DNA of 64,000 bases from Cyanobacteriota bacterium. Its GTDB lineage: Bacteria > Cyanobacteriota > Vampirovibrionia > Vampirovibrionales > Vampirovibrionaceae. Positions within the stretch are counted from its first letter, which is position 1. Each line of letters opens with the position of its first letter. A program made the translations under genes and the position numbers. The DNA lies in contig JAIEMW010000001.1 of NCBI GenBank assembly GCA_019751815.1, forward strand, positions 961,839 to 1,025,838. Direction: 5' to 3'. Below, in pieces: positions 35,880-44,728 of this stretch. Below the pieces are notes generated by a model. That model searched no databases. It was given only the letters and a program-made list of their open reading frames with translations, and was not told where the DNA came from.

Positions 35880-36530
35880 ATGACGCGCGCGCTCTGGTTA
35901 ATCGATAACTACGACTCGTTTACGTATAACTTATACCAGGCCTTACAAGTCAGTTCTCCCGTTCCCGTCAAGGTAGTGAGACACGACGAAATTGATTTTG
36001 TGACACTTGCAAGGTCTAATCCAATGGGGATTGTACTTTCTCCCGGCCCAGGACATCCAGAAAATCCAAACGATTTGGGGGTTTGCGCGGATATACTCAC
36101 CTGTCGAGAGATGATTGAATGCCCTATTCTCGGGGTTTGCTTAGGTCATCAGGCGCTGTGTGCCGTTCTGGGTGCACGCATTGTCCCGGCCAGTCAGATT
36201 ATGCACGGAAAAACATCCACGGCCAGGCGTGTCGCTTCCGTTCCTAGTCGGTTATTATTCTCTTTGCCAGAAAGCTTTGAGGTCATGCGCTACCACTCTT
36301 GGACAGTGGATCCGGCGTCCTTGCCAAGTTCTCTCCAGATAACCGCCATGGCCTGTGATGATGAAGCTGTGATGGCGGTTGAGCATATCGATAAGCCTTG
36401 GTTTGGCGTGCAGTTTCATCCAGAATCCATTGCCACAGCGCTCGGTCAACAATGCCTAGATGCCTTTATTGATATTGCACTCCAGCAAAACAGACGGCAG
36501 CGCAGACTAAAGGAGCCTCAACTTCAATGA
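35880..36530 (+). CDS. Anthranilate/aminodeoxychorismate synthase component II (TrpG/PabA)
   Basis: IDNYDSFTYNL, SPGPG, GVCLGHQ, RYHS and QFHPES motifs. Confidence 0.93.
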   Translation: MTRALWLIDNYDSFTYNLYQALQVSSPVPVKVVRHDEIDFVTLARSNPMGIVLSPGPGHPENPNDLGVCADILTCREMIECPILGVCLGHQALCAVLGARIVPASQIMHGKTSTARRVASVPSRLLFSLPESFEVMRYHSWTVDPASLPSSLQITAMACDDEAVMAVEHIDKPWFGVQFHPESIATALGQQCLDAFIDIALQQNRRQRRLKEPQLQ

Positions 36531-37135
36531 GCACTCAAGAAAATAATATCCCTAAAAAATACATCCTGAGTGGGGTTGGGCTGAATCACCCTGGCATTGT
36601 GGCCAGCATCTGCCAAGTACTCGATCAATGGCAGTGCAACATTGATGACACCAGCATGACCATTCTCGACAGTTATTTTGCGATGCTCTTTCTGATTTCT
36701 GTGCCAGAACACACCACGGTTCAAGAGATTCAGGCAAAACTTGCTCCCATATTGTCCTCTGAGCACGTCAGCCTTAGCTGGTTTCCTTTAGAAAACTCAC
36801 TTTCTCAAACTGCCGATAGCCCTTCTAATGATTCTGGGAGCCTTGAGTGGGCCTATGCGATGATCTCTGTGGCCGGAAATGACCGCACCGGGATTACTTA
36901 CAGAGTCAGTTCTCTACTGGCCGCAGCTGAGTGGGATATTACGGATCTTCATGCACAACAAGTCAACGGTCAAGACGGTCCTGTATACATTATGATGATC
37001 GAGACCCGCCGTAAAATTTGCGATGCCCTACAGGATGAGTCTCAATTCAAGACAGTACGCTCTCAACTGTCACAACTGGCGAAGGAACTTTCGATAGACA
37101 TCCAGTGTAAGCCGATTGATCCTATCGCGTTGTAA
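36527..37135 (+). CDS. Tandem ACT-domain protein (GcvR-like)
   Basis: GLNHPGIVA..NIDDTSM and GNDRTGI..DITDL ACT repeats. Confidence 0.85.
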   Translation: MSTQENNIPKKYILSGVGLNHPGIVASICQVLDQWQCNIDDTSMTILDSYFAMLFLISVPEHTTVQEIQAKLAPILSSEHVSLSWFPLENSLSQTADSPSNDSGSLEWAYAMISVAGNDRTGITYRVSSLLAAAEWDITDLHAQQVNGQDGPVYIMMIETRRKICDALQDESQFKTVRSQLSQLAKELSIDIQCKPIDPIAL

Positions 37136-37139
37136 GCCG

Positions 37140-37679
37140 ATGACTGTTTTACCGATATTAAAATACCCTCATCCTTTTCTCCGTCAGTGCGTTGAGGATT
37201 TTGAGTTTCCTGAGGATATTTCTTCAGAAAATATACCTATGAAAGCGTTATCCCACCTTAACGCGACCTTAGCCGATTTGTGGGAGACTCTCTACGACTG
37301 CCCTGGGGCTATTGGTCTGGCGGCACCTCAGGTAGCACTCCCTATGCGGTTATTTATTTTGGATTTAACAGCAAAAACCACCCGCAGTGAGCAAAAAGTG
37401 ATCATTAACCCTGTTATACTCCAGCAATCCAAACAAAAAATGGTGCGAGAAGGCTGCCTCAGTTTTCCAGACTACTTGGCCAACATCAAACGCAGTTTAA
37501 AACTGACTTTGGCCTACAGAAATGAACACGGACAGCCCGTTGAAGAGGAGTTTCGAGATTTGGGTGCCATTGCCGTTCAGCACGAGATCGACCACCTCAA
37601 CGGGGTACTGCTTATCGATCAGGTTGCCTGCCTGAAAAGCGATTGGATTCGCCGCCGGGGTCTTCCCCCGATTTCATAA
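37140..37679 (+). CDS. def: Peptide deformylase
   Basis: GLAAPQ, EGCLS and QHEIDHLNG motifs; ATG at 37140. Confidence 0.95.
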   Translation: MTVLPILKYPHPFLRQCVEDFEFPEDISSENIPMKALSHLNATLADLWETLYDCPGAIGLAAPQVALPMRLFILDLTAKTTRSEQKVIINPVILQQSKQKMVREGCLSFPDYLANIKRSLKLTLAYRNEHGQPVEEEFRDLGAIAVQHEIDHLNGVLLIDQVACLKSDWIRRRGLPPIS

Positions 37680-37777
37680 AATACCGCTTCCCCCCCTTGC
37701 AATCGTGTTGGCTTTGAGGCACTGTAATAGGACGGTTTTGTCTGGTAACTTATTTTCAGACGAAACGAATGTTCTAC

Positions 37778-37854
<77 letters not shown>

Positions 37855-37869
37855 CTTCTACAAAATACA

Positions 37870-37915
37870 AAGACCCCGGCCAGCTGCACTCAGTGACGGG
37901 GTCTTCGTATTTTTC
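37870..37915. terminator. Terminator-like hairpin
   Basis: AAGACCCCG...CGGGGTCTT followed by a T-rich tract. Confidence 0.6.
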
Positions 37916-37947
37916 AACTCACTATAACGATAGACGAGGGCCTAAGC

Positions 37948-38613
37948 TCAGTCCGCCGAAACCTTATGGGCCAAAACCCCTTGGGCCTCTTGCGCATTAT
38001 TCACCCCTAAATACAACGTGTGCTGACTCACCGACATATCCATTCCTTTAAAGGCATTGAGCCCCAAAAGACCGGACAACATGAGATCATCACCCAGATC
38101 GTGAACAACCGCCTGGACTTGACCGAGATCGACCTTACCGAGGGAGAGACTTGGAATCGTCACCAACGGCGCGTGAACCACCCCATTCGCCGTGCGAATG
38201 GCAATACGTGGTGCGTCATCCGAGACAACAATACCAAGCTTTGCAGCCAACCGTGGGGTAATTACTGTATAGGAGGCCCCCGTGTCAACCACAAATGTCC
38301 CCATCACCCGCTTATTCAGGAGGACAGGAACAGCCAATGTGCCATGATCACAGCCCGTCTGTAACAACGGAACAGCGACCTGCACCTTAACACCGGATTT
38401 TTGTTTGAGTTGCGACAGATTATCTCGAGCCATTTGGGCAATATATGGATTTTGGGTATCTTTTGCCATCTGCTCAAAGACTTGAACCGCTTCTTGAAGT
38501 TGTGGGCTAACGTCTTGCGCAGACACAGTCACTGTTGTTGACAACAGTAATGCAGCGCAAAGCAATAGCTGACTGGTCAGTCCCATCTTCATTGGACGAT
38601 CCACACCTCGCAA
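37948..38613 (-). CDS. Exported retropepsin-like (clan AA) aspartic protease
   Basis: Signal peptide; FVVDTGAS, TANG and GLLG motifs. Confidence 0.88.
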   Translation of the reverse strand: MRGVDRPMKMGLTSQLLLCAALLLSTTVTVSAQDVSPQLQEAVQVFEQMAKDTQNPYIAQMARDNLSQLKQKSGVKVQVAVPLLQTGCDHGTLAVPVLLNKRVMGTFVVDTGASYTVITPRLAAKLGIVVSDDAPRIAIRTANGVVHAPLVTIPSLSLGKVDLGQVQAVVHDLGDDLMLSGLLGLNAFKGMDMSVSQHTLYLGVNNAQEAQGVLAHKVSAD

Positions 38614-38723
38614 CTTTTAATAAAAAATATATACTTTATATTCGCAAGGTATGAACGAGTCTTGAAAAAGCACCGGTGTTTATAACTGAACTGTTACAAA
38701 GACCCTACTATCATTATTGGGGT

Positions 38724-40655
38724 TTAAGGCTGTAGCACAGGGATTGTCGGGGTTGAGGTTGCAATACCTTCTGAGACGTCCTGTAACTTCAAATCAGACG
38801 AAGCCGCTTTATCGGGCTGTTTTGCTTGCTTTTGCCGTTTCACCTTAATCGGGCGGTTCACTCGTTTGCCGCGCACCGCATAATCATCCGGCAATAGCTC
38901 CGTACGGATCCCAAAATGCACGCGGAAACTGGGCTGCGCATTAGGCTCTACAGTCCCCCGCTGTGCCAAGCCAAAGCCAAAATCAACAAAGCCTTGAGCA
39001 GTTCGGGTAATACCCACTCGTAGGCCGCCGCCCACACTGACCAACGTGGTTCGCTTGGCAGAGGCAGACGTCCCCCCAATATAACGCCGACTGCTTCGAT
39101 CTAAAAAGGCCTGTCCCATCTCGCCAAAGAAAGCCCCTTGGATTTTATCCCCAAGATAAGGCGATATTTTTCGCAATCCTGGGATGGGCCACCGGTGCTC
39201 GATGCCAAAACTATAACCCCGGTCACCGACTAAAAGACCTTCTGTGTAGCCACGGACGCTAAAAGCCCCCCCAATTTGGAATTGCTCCGCAGAAGGCAGT
39301 GCATCTGGAGTGAGTTGAGCCAGTGAGCGAATAATCAGCAATTGATTCCAGGGGAGTCTCTGGACCCTGGATAGATAAAGATCGGTCTTCCAGAACGCGG
39401 CATTGGCATTGAGCCAACCTTTGGGTGCAAAGGTCATATTTCCCCGAGCAACGGTTCTGCCGTATTTGTCGGCCTTATTATAGGTTAAACCGGTACTAAT
39501 AGAGGCAATATCAGTTGTGCTGGTCACACTCCCGTCAATTTCAGAGACAATTCGTCGAATATTCCAGGCGACATCACCGACAAATGTTTGGTTACGGTCA
39601 AACGGATGATTCAGTCCCAAGCTATAGTTGTAGGCTTTCCCGGTAATGCTGTTTTGGTTGGCAAGCCCCAAATCCACATCCACATTGCTATAGCCAAAGT
39701 TAAAGTTAAGTTCATCCCCGTGAGAATCCAGCGGCAGTGCGTAAGAGGCCAGTGCCACTTGTGTGCCGGCAGCCCCAATCCATTTACTGGAGAAGCGGTC
39801 TCCAAAACCAGTGAGGTTATTACTGTTAAGCTCAGTTCCCCAGCGCTGTGTACCAATAAAAGGTCGCCCTTGGTTGTCGTAAGTCAGAGCGACTTGCAGC
39901 GGTTGTCGTTCGCTGACCTCTAATTTAATATCCGTCTCACCCGTATTTTCCCCCGGTGATAAAACGGCCTTCAGCCGGTAAGCCTGAAAACGGTTGGAGC
40001 GGTTGAGCACCTGTTCTAATCGAGGGATGCTCAGTACTTCCCCAGAGGTTAAATCGATATTACGGGCCACAATACCGGTGCGGATATACTTATTACCCTC
40101 AACAGAGAGTTTGGCCACGCGACCTTCCACCACCTGGATCACGACATGACCCTGATCAATATCTTGGGGTGGAATAAATGCTTGAGAGGTGAGGAAGCCC
40201 TTTTTACGGTAAAGGTCATTAATTTGATCGACCAGCTTGCCTAACTCGTCCAGGGTGACGTCTTTGCCTTCCAAGGTCTTGGTTAACACGTCTATTTCCG
40301 ACTGCGTGAAAACCGTGACCCCTTCCACAGAGATTTTGGTCGCATTAAAGCGAGGCGCCGTATCCAACTGAACTGGTGTCGGCTTTTCAACCGTTGGTTG
40401 TTGTGGGACATCGATTTTAACTTTGGGGATTTTTTCTTGTTGCTCTAAGCGTTTTTCACGACTCGGCGTCTGCGTATCAATATTGCCAGAGCCCTGAGTC
40501 TGAAGTCCAGGATTAACTTGCCCTTGAGTATAAGTACTGTTTGTAGCTTGCGCCCACGATAAGGAAGCAAAGCCACTGAAGCCGAGACAAAGAAGCAACA
40601 CTGCGAGATGGCGCAGCCTGTGAATTAACCTAAAACACACAATATTCTCTAACAT
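38724..40655 (-). CDS. TpsB (ShlB/FhaC/HecB) two-partner secretion outer-membrane transporter
   Basis: Signal peptide, POTRA-like YRKKGF..SQAFIPPQ..VVEG, YDNQG, and the Omp85 motif IGGAFSVRGY. Confidence 0.92.
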   Translation of the reverse strand: MLENIVCFRLIHRLRHLAVLLLCLGFSGFASLSWAQATNSTYTQGQVNPGLQTQGSGNIDTQTPSREKRLEQQEKIPKVKIDVPQQPTVEKPTPVQLDTAPRFNATKISVEGVTVFTQSEIDVLTKTLEGKDVTLDELGKLVDQINDLYRKKGFLTSQAFIPPQDIDQGHVVIQVVEGRVAKLSVEGNKYIRTGIVARNIDLTSGEVLSIPRLEQVLNRSNRFQAYRLKAVLSPGENTGETDIKLEVSERQPLQVALTYDNQGRPFIGTQRWGTELNSNNLTGFGDRFSSKWIGAAGTQVALASYALPLDSHGDELNFNFGYSNVDVDLGLANQNSITGKAYNYSLGLNHPFDRNQTFVGDVAWNIRRIVSEIDGSVTSTTDIASISTGLTYNKADKYGRTVARGNMTFAPKGWLNANAAFWKTDLYLSRVQRLPWNQLLIIRSLAQLTPDALPSAEQFQIGGAFSVRGYTEGLLVGDRGYSFGIEHRWPIPGLRKISPYLGDKIQGAFFGEMGQAFLDRSSRRYIGGTSASAKRTTLVSVGGGLRVGITRTAQGFVDFGFGLAQRGTVEPNAQPSFRVHFGIRTELLPDDYAVRGKRVNRPIKVKRQKQAKQPDKAASSDLKLQDVSEGIATSTPTIPVLQP

Positions 40656-41275
40656 CTCGCTCTCTTGACCATGGTGTCCACAGCGGTGGTTCCAATCTTC
40701 TGATTCTTCAGATCTTCTGATTAATTCAGGGAATTGGCTGTGTGACTTCTGTATTGCGCTACAGTACCCTTTGTCAGCATCTCTATTTATAACTACACGT
40801 TAACACAATCTGCTTTACTGAACGCGATGAGGTTACACATCGTAATATTCTAAAAAATGCGAGAAAAAGCGAAGATCTTTGGCGGGCAAGGCGTCTTGGC
40901 CTGTGCAAAAAAGTAAGCACTTGGCATATATACATTATATATGTTATAAATATACTGCTATGAGTATGAGCCTATTTTGGTTTGGTATTTGGTAACCATT
41001 TTCTGCTAGGGATCTGCTCTATCCTTTAGGCTCTCATTGTGTCCTAGCAGTTCTATTTGACCGATCTTACTAGACTAAAATACTCAGTTAAAAAATAACG
41101 TCTGTTTGTGTGTCGTGATGAGTGAATTCATCCCAAAATTTGCGATAAATTTGCGATATAAGACAAGATAAATCGCTGAAACTCAATCTCTGAAAAACTA
41201 TCAGAGATTGCTCGATGCAGTAATTCACCCACGCTTATTTATTTTGTATGAAGTATTTAGCCAGGAGTGTTGTGC

Positions 41276-44200
41276 ATGCCTTATCTACCAAAGAAAAAAA
41301 GTCTCGACCTGTTCTATCAATTTCTTCCTAGCTTTTTAGCGTTGAGCCTTTCTCTCAATGCTTTCCCCTTAGCTTGGGCTGATGCAGCTTCTGACCACCA
41401 GAATGCCGCAGGCAATGGACCCATTGATACCAACCAAATTAACCAAACTTACAACGGCCAGATCATCAACCCGGGGAGTTACTACAATACAAGCAACGGT
41501 TCAACCACCTTTGTAAACACCTCAGGTGGGGGGCTCTGGCTCCAGGGCGGCACAGTTCACGGCTATCAAGTGGGCTCTAATAACCAAGTCAACGGTAATG
41601 GTGGAAACATCAATATCTACGCACCAGGGAGCGTGGTCCGTCTTGACGGTAATATTAATGTCAGTGGCATTTTAAGAGGTGGAAATCTGGGTTCTGGAGG
41701 TAACTTAAACATCACATCGGCTTACCTCTATCAAAACGGCCAGATTTATGCCGATGGTTCCCGCGGTGGACTAGTACAAGTCAATGTTGATAACCTTTCT
41801 ATGGGAACCCAAGCGCTTATCTCTGCCAAAGGACTGGGCGGAAGCTCTTCTGACAATCTAAACGGGGCCGGTGGTGCCGTCAGAATTAATGCCAACGGGG
41901 TTGTCGATATTGCCAGCCGTGCCTTGATTGTGACAGACGGCCGAGTGGTGGGCAATTACGACACCAATGTAATTGCCATTGAAGGGGCACTGATCCGTAA
42001 CGCAGGCACGCTGAGTGCCAACGGGGTTGTGATTGACGGCGCTGCTTCTCAAGGGGGAACCATTCGCCTTGTTGCCAATGGAGTGACTGGGCAAACCGCT
42101 GCCGGCCTTGACTCTGTGATAGCCAACGCGAATATCCGAAACAATACCCCCGCTGACACGGATTTCAACAATGCCGTACTAAGTGCAAGAACACTGCTCA
42201 ATAGCCCGTCAGGTAATCTGTCAAACACGGGGAGTATTTCCGCCAATGGTGCCAGTAATAATTCCGCAACCCCTATTACCGCTCAAGGAAATGCGGGTGA
42301 TGGGGGCAATATATTGCTGAGTGCTGCAGGCAATTTATCTAACAGTGGCAGTATTACAGCCAACGGTGGCAACGGCGGTAACTCACCGCTCATTATTAAC
42401 GGGGGCAACGGCGGAACTATTGCTGCGACCGCCTCAGGCAATATTCAAAACACAGGTACAGTCCAAGCCAATGGTGGTAATGGCAGTGTTGGCAACACCG
42501 CGGCAGGTTCCTCAACCGCCAACAGTGGCATCCTAAGGCTTAACCAAAATGTTTCACTTGAGACTTTTGCAGGCTTTAGTCAGACAGTCATCACCCAACA
42601 GCCTCAAACACTGGCCAGTGGTGGAACCATTTCACCCCCCAACCTCACTGTAACGACTGAAGTGATTGGTAATTCAGTAAAATTTACAGTTTATAGAGCT
42701 GGGGAATCCCAGCCAATATATACCCGAACGATTCAACGCCCGGCTGGTGCTACAGGTAACAACTGGACTGTAAGCGATACAGCTACTGTGAGCTATCAGG
42801 TACAAGTGAGAGATCCCAACACCAACACCCCGCAACAAGTCACCCTCAGCCAAAACTTGAATCTCTCATATAGAAATGCTGATCGTCCTCCAGCTAACTT
42901 TACTCTCAGAGATTTACTAGCCCTCCCTCCCGCTCTTCGAAACAACACCGCTGCATTACAACAATACATCAATGCAAAAAATGCAGAATATCAACAGATT
43001 TTAGCCAACAGTCCAAAACCAGTTATCACCATCAATGTCAGTAATCCGAATACATTTACCTACTCAGTAAGACCGACGTTTGCCGGGAACGGTGGGAATG
43101 CCGGCATGATTGGTTTTGGTGCAGGAGGGACCATCACCAATAACGGAAGTTTGCAGGCAAATGGTGGCAACGGCGGCAGTGGCAGGCTTCCCAATGCAGG
43201 CACTAGTGGGCAAGGCGGTTTAATTGTCTTAAGCGGTGACCCTTTGCAAAATATCTTAGGCACAGGCAGTATCCAGTTGAACGGGGGCTTAACCGCGAGT
43301 GCCTCTGCGACCGCAGGCAGAGCCGGAACGTTAGTTACCTCAAATGGGCTCGTTGGAAACCAGAATTATTCGGCTAAAACAGGTGGAAATGGCACGCTGA
43401 CAGGGAGTAACAATACCGTTCAGCGAGCAAGTGTCAACGAAGTCCTCAGTAATAACAACGTGCTTGTATTGCTCTCTAGAAGTGCGGGTAATACATCACT
43501 TGATAGCATTTTGAATAGCGGGACTTTTCGGTCCGTCTTGCAACCACTGAATGCCACTAGCAACATCAACTCTCTTATTGGCTCGGGTGGCATTCGACAT
43601 CTTATGCTTTTTAACCCCGCTGCAAATTCTGTTGACTTAACACCGTCCCAATCTGGCGCGTACGCCAATATACTCAGAAGCTTCAATTCACTGAGCGTGC
43701 TAACCAGGGGGTCCATTTTCCTTGGAAACAACGCAGCAGTTGAGTTAAACCGACCGCCTATCGGTGCACCAGACCAGCTAGACCCGCCTTACAGCTCCGC
43801 CATTTCTCTACTTAGTCAAAACGGTGGCATTAGCTTGGATAACAGAATTTGGGCTAGTAGCATCGTTCTGAAGGCAGGCAACGGCTCAATTAACAACAAT
43901 GGCACAATGCTTTTTACTACATTGGGAAAAACAATGGGTGGGTTTATCAATATGAGTGCCAGTAATAACATAGACATGGGGGACACCGTCCGAGCCAACG
44001 GCAGCCAAATGGGCGGTAGTGTTACTATGACTGCCGGAAACAATGTCACCAATGCAGGTGGCTTCCTCTCAGCCAATGGCGGTATTGTGGGCGGTCGCCT
44101 GGTAATGCGCGCTGGGAATGCGGTCACTAATAGTGGCAACATCCAAGTCAGCGGAGTTAATTACGGAGGCAGTATCACCTTAATCGGTAGAACTGTTAAC

Positions 44201-44284
44201 CCCAGTGCCGATCCCAATGGGTGGAGTCAAATCCAAGCCAATGGCCGCATCCAAAACGGACAAATCAGAATACTGAGACCCTAA
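41276..44284 (+). CDS. TpsA-like filamentous-haemagglutinin-type beta-helix exoprotein 1
   Basis: Signal peptide ending AWA, many N-x-G-x-I-x-ANG/GGxI repeats, divergent from tpsB; ATG at 41276 after AGGAG. Confidence 0.82.
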   Translation: MPYLPKKKSLDLFYQFLPSFLALSLSLNAFPLAWADAASDHQNAAGNGPIDTNQINQTYNGQIINPGSYYNTSNGSTTFVNTSGGGLWLQGGTVHGYQVGSNNQVNGNGGNINIYAPGSVVRLDGNINVSGILRGGNLGSGGNLNITSAYLYQNGQIYADGSRGGLVQVNVDNLSMGTQALISAKGLGGSSSDNLNGAGGAVRINANGVVDIASRALIVTDGRVVGNYDTNVIAIEGALIRNAGTLSANGVVIDGAASQGGTIRLVANGVTGQTAAGLDSVIANANIRNNTPADTDFNNAVLSARTLLNSPSGNLSNTGSISANGASNNSATPITAQGNAGDGGNILLSAAGNLSNSGSITANGGNGGNSPLIINGGNGGTIAATASGNIQNTGTVQANGGNGSVGNTAAGSSTANSGILRLNQNVSLETFAGFSQTVITQQPQTLASGGTISPPNLTVTTEVIGNSVKFTVYRAGESQPIYTRTIQRPAGATGNNWTVSDTATVSYQVQVRDPNTNTPQQVTLSQNLNLSYRNADRPPANFTLRDLLALPPALRNNTAALQQYINAKNAEYQQILANSPKPVITINVSNPNTFTYSVRPTFAGNGGNAGMIGFGAGGTITNNGSLQANGGNGGSGRLPNAGTSGQGGLIVLSGDPLQNILGTGSIQLNGGLTASASATAGRAGTLVTSNGLVGNQNYSAKTGGNGTLTGSNNTVQRASVNEVLSNNNVLVLLSRSAGNTSLDSILNSGTFRSVLQPLNATSNINSLIGSGGIRHLMLFNPAANSVDLTPSQSGAYANILRSFNSLSVLTRGSIFLGNNAAVELNRPPIGAPDQLDPPYSSAISLLSQNGGISLDNRIWASSIVLKAGNGSINNNGTMLFTTLGKTMGGFINMSASNNIDMGDTVRANGSQMGGSVTMTAGNNVTNAGGFLSANGGIVGGRLVMRAGNAVTNSGNIQVSGVNYGGSITLIGRTVNPSADPNGWSQIQANGRIQNGQIRILRP

Positions 44285-44338
44285 TTTATCCAATTGATGC
44301 AGTTGTGATGTACTAGTTACAAATCATCTCAGCTATCG

Positions 44339-44377
44339 GCAAGCTGCGGGACTGGAACCCGCGGCTTGCTATTTTTT
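44339..44377 (+). terminator. Intrinsic terminator
   Basis: GCAAGCTGCGGG-ACTGGAA-CCCGCGGCTTGC-TATTTTTT. Confidence 0.8.
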
Positions 44378-44728
44378 GTGTAAGATTTTTACTTTGTGTT
44401 AAGCCGGCATCGATACTGGCTGTGCGTTTTCTCAAAATTTAATCAAAACTTTAGCCTGCAAAGGCAATTCATCATATATGCTAGCGTTGTATCTAATAAC
44501 CACTTCAATAAAAGTCACTTTGAGACTATTCCCCAGGGCAAACGTCTTATTAAAAGAAAGACCTTAAAAGATATACCCATTGGTCAATGAATTTTGATGT
44601 CAAAATTATATACTGATACATATAGATGGGTGATTCTGAATAAGTGGTTATTAATGAGTGGTTATTTATAGAGCATCTGATTGAACCGCTGCCAAGCCTA
44701 AAACTTAATAGAGGAAGCCGTACACACC

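Noticed and set aside
44535-44590. c-di-GMP-I riboswitch upstream of tpsA2 (CAGGGCAAAC start)
   Set aside because: The GNRA-capped P2 and the following GCAAAGC/P3 elements are missing.
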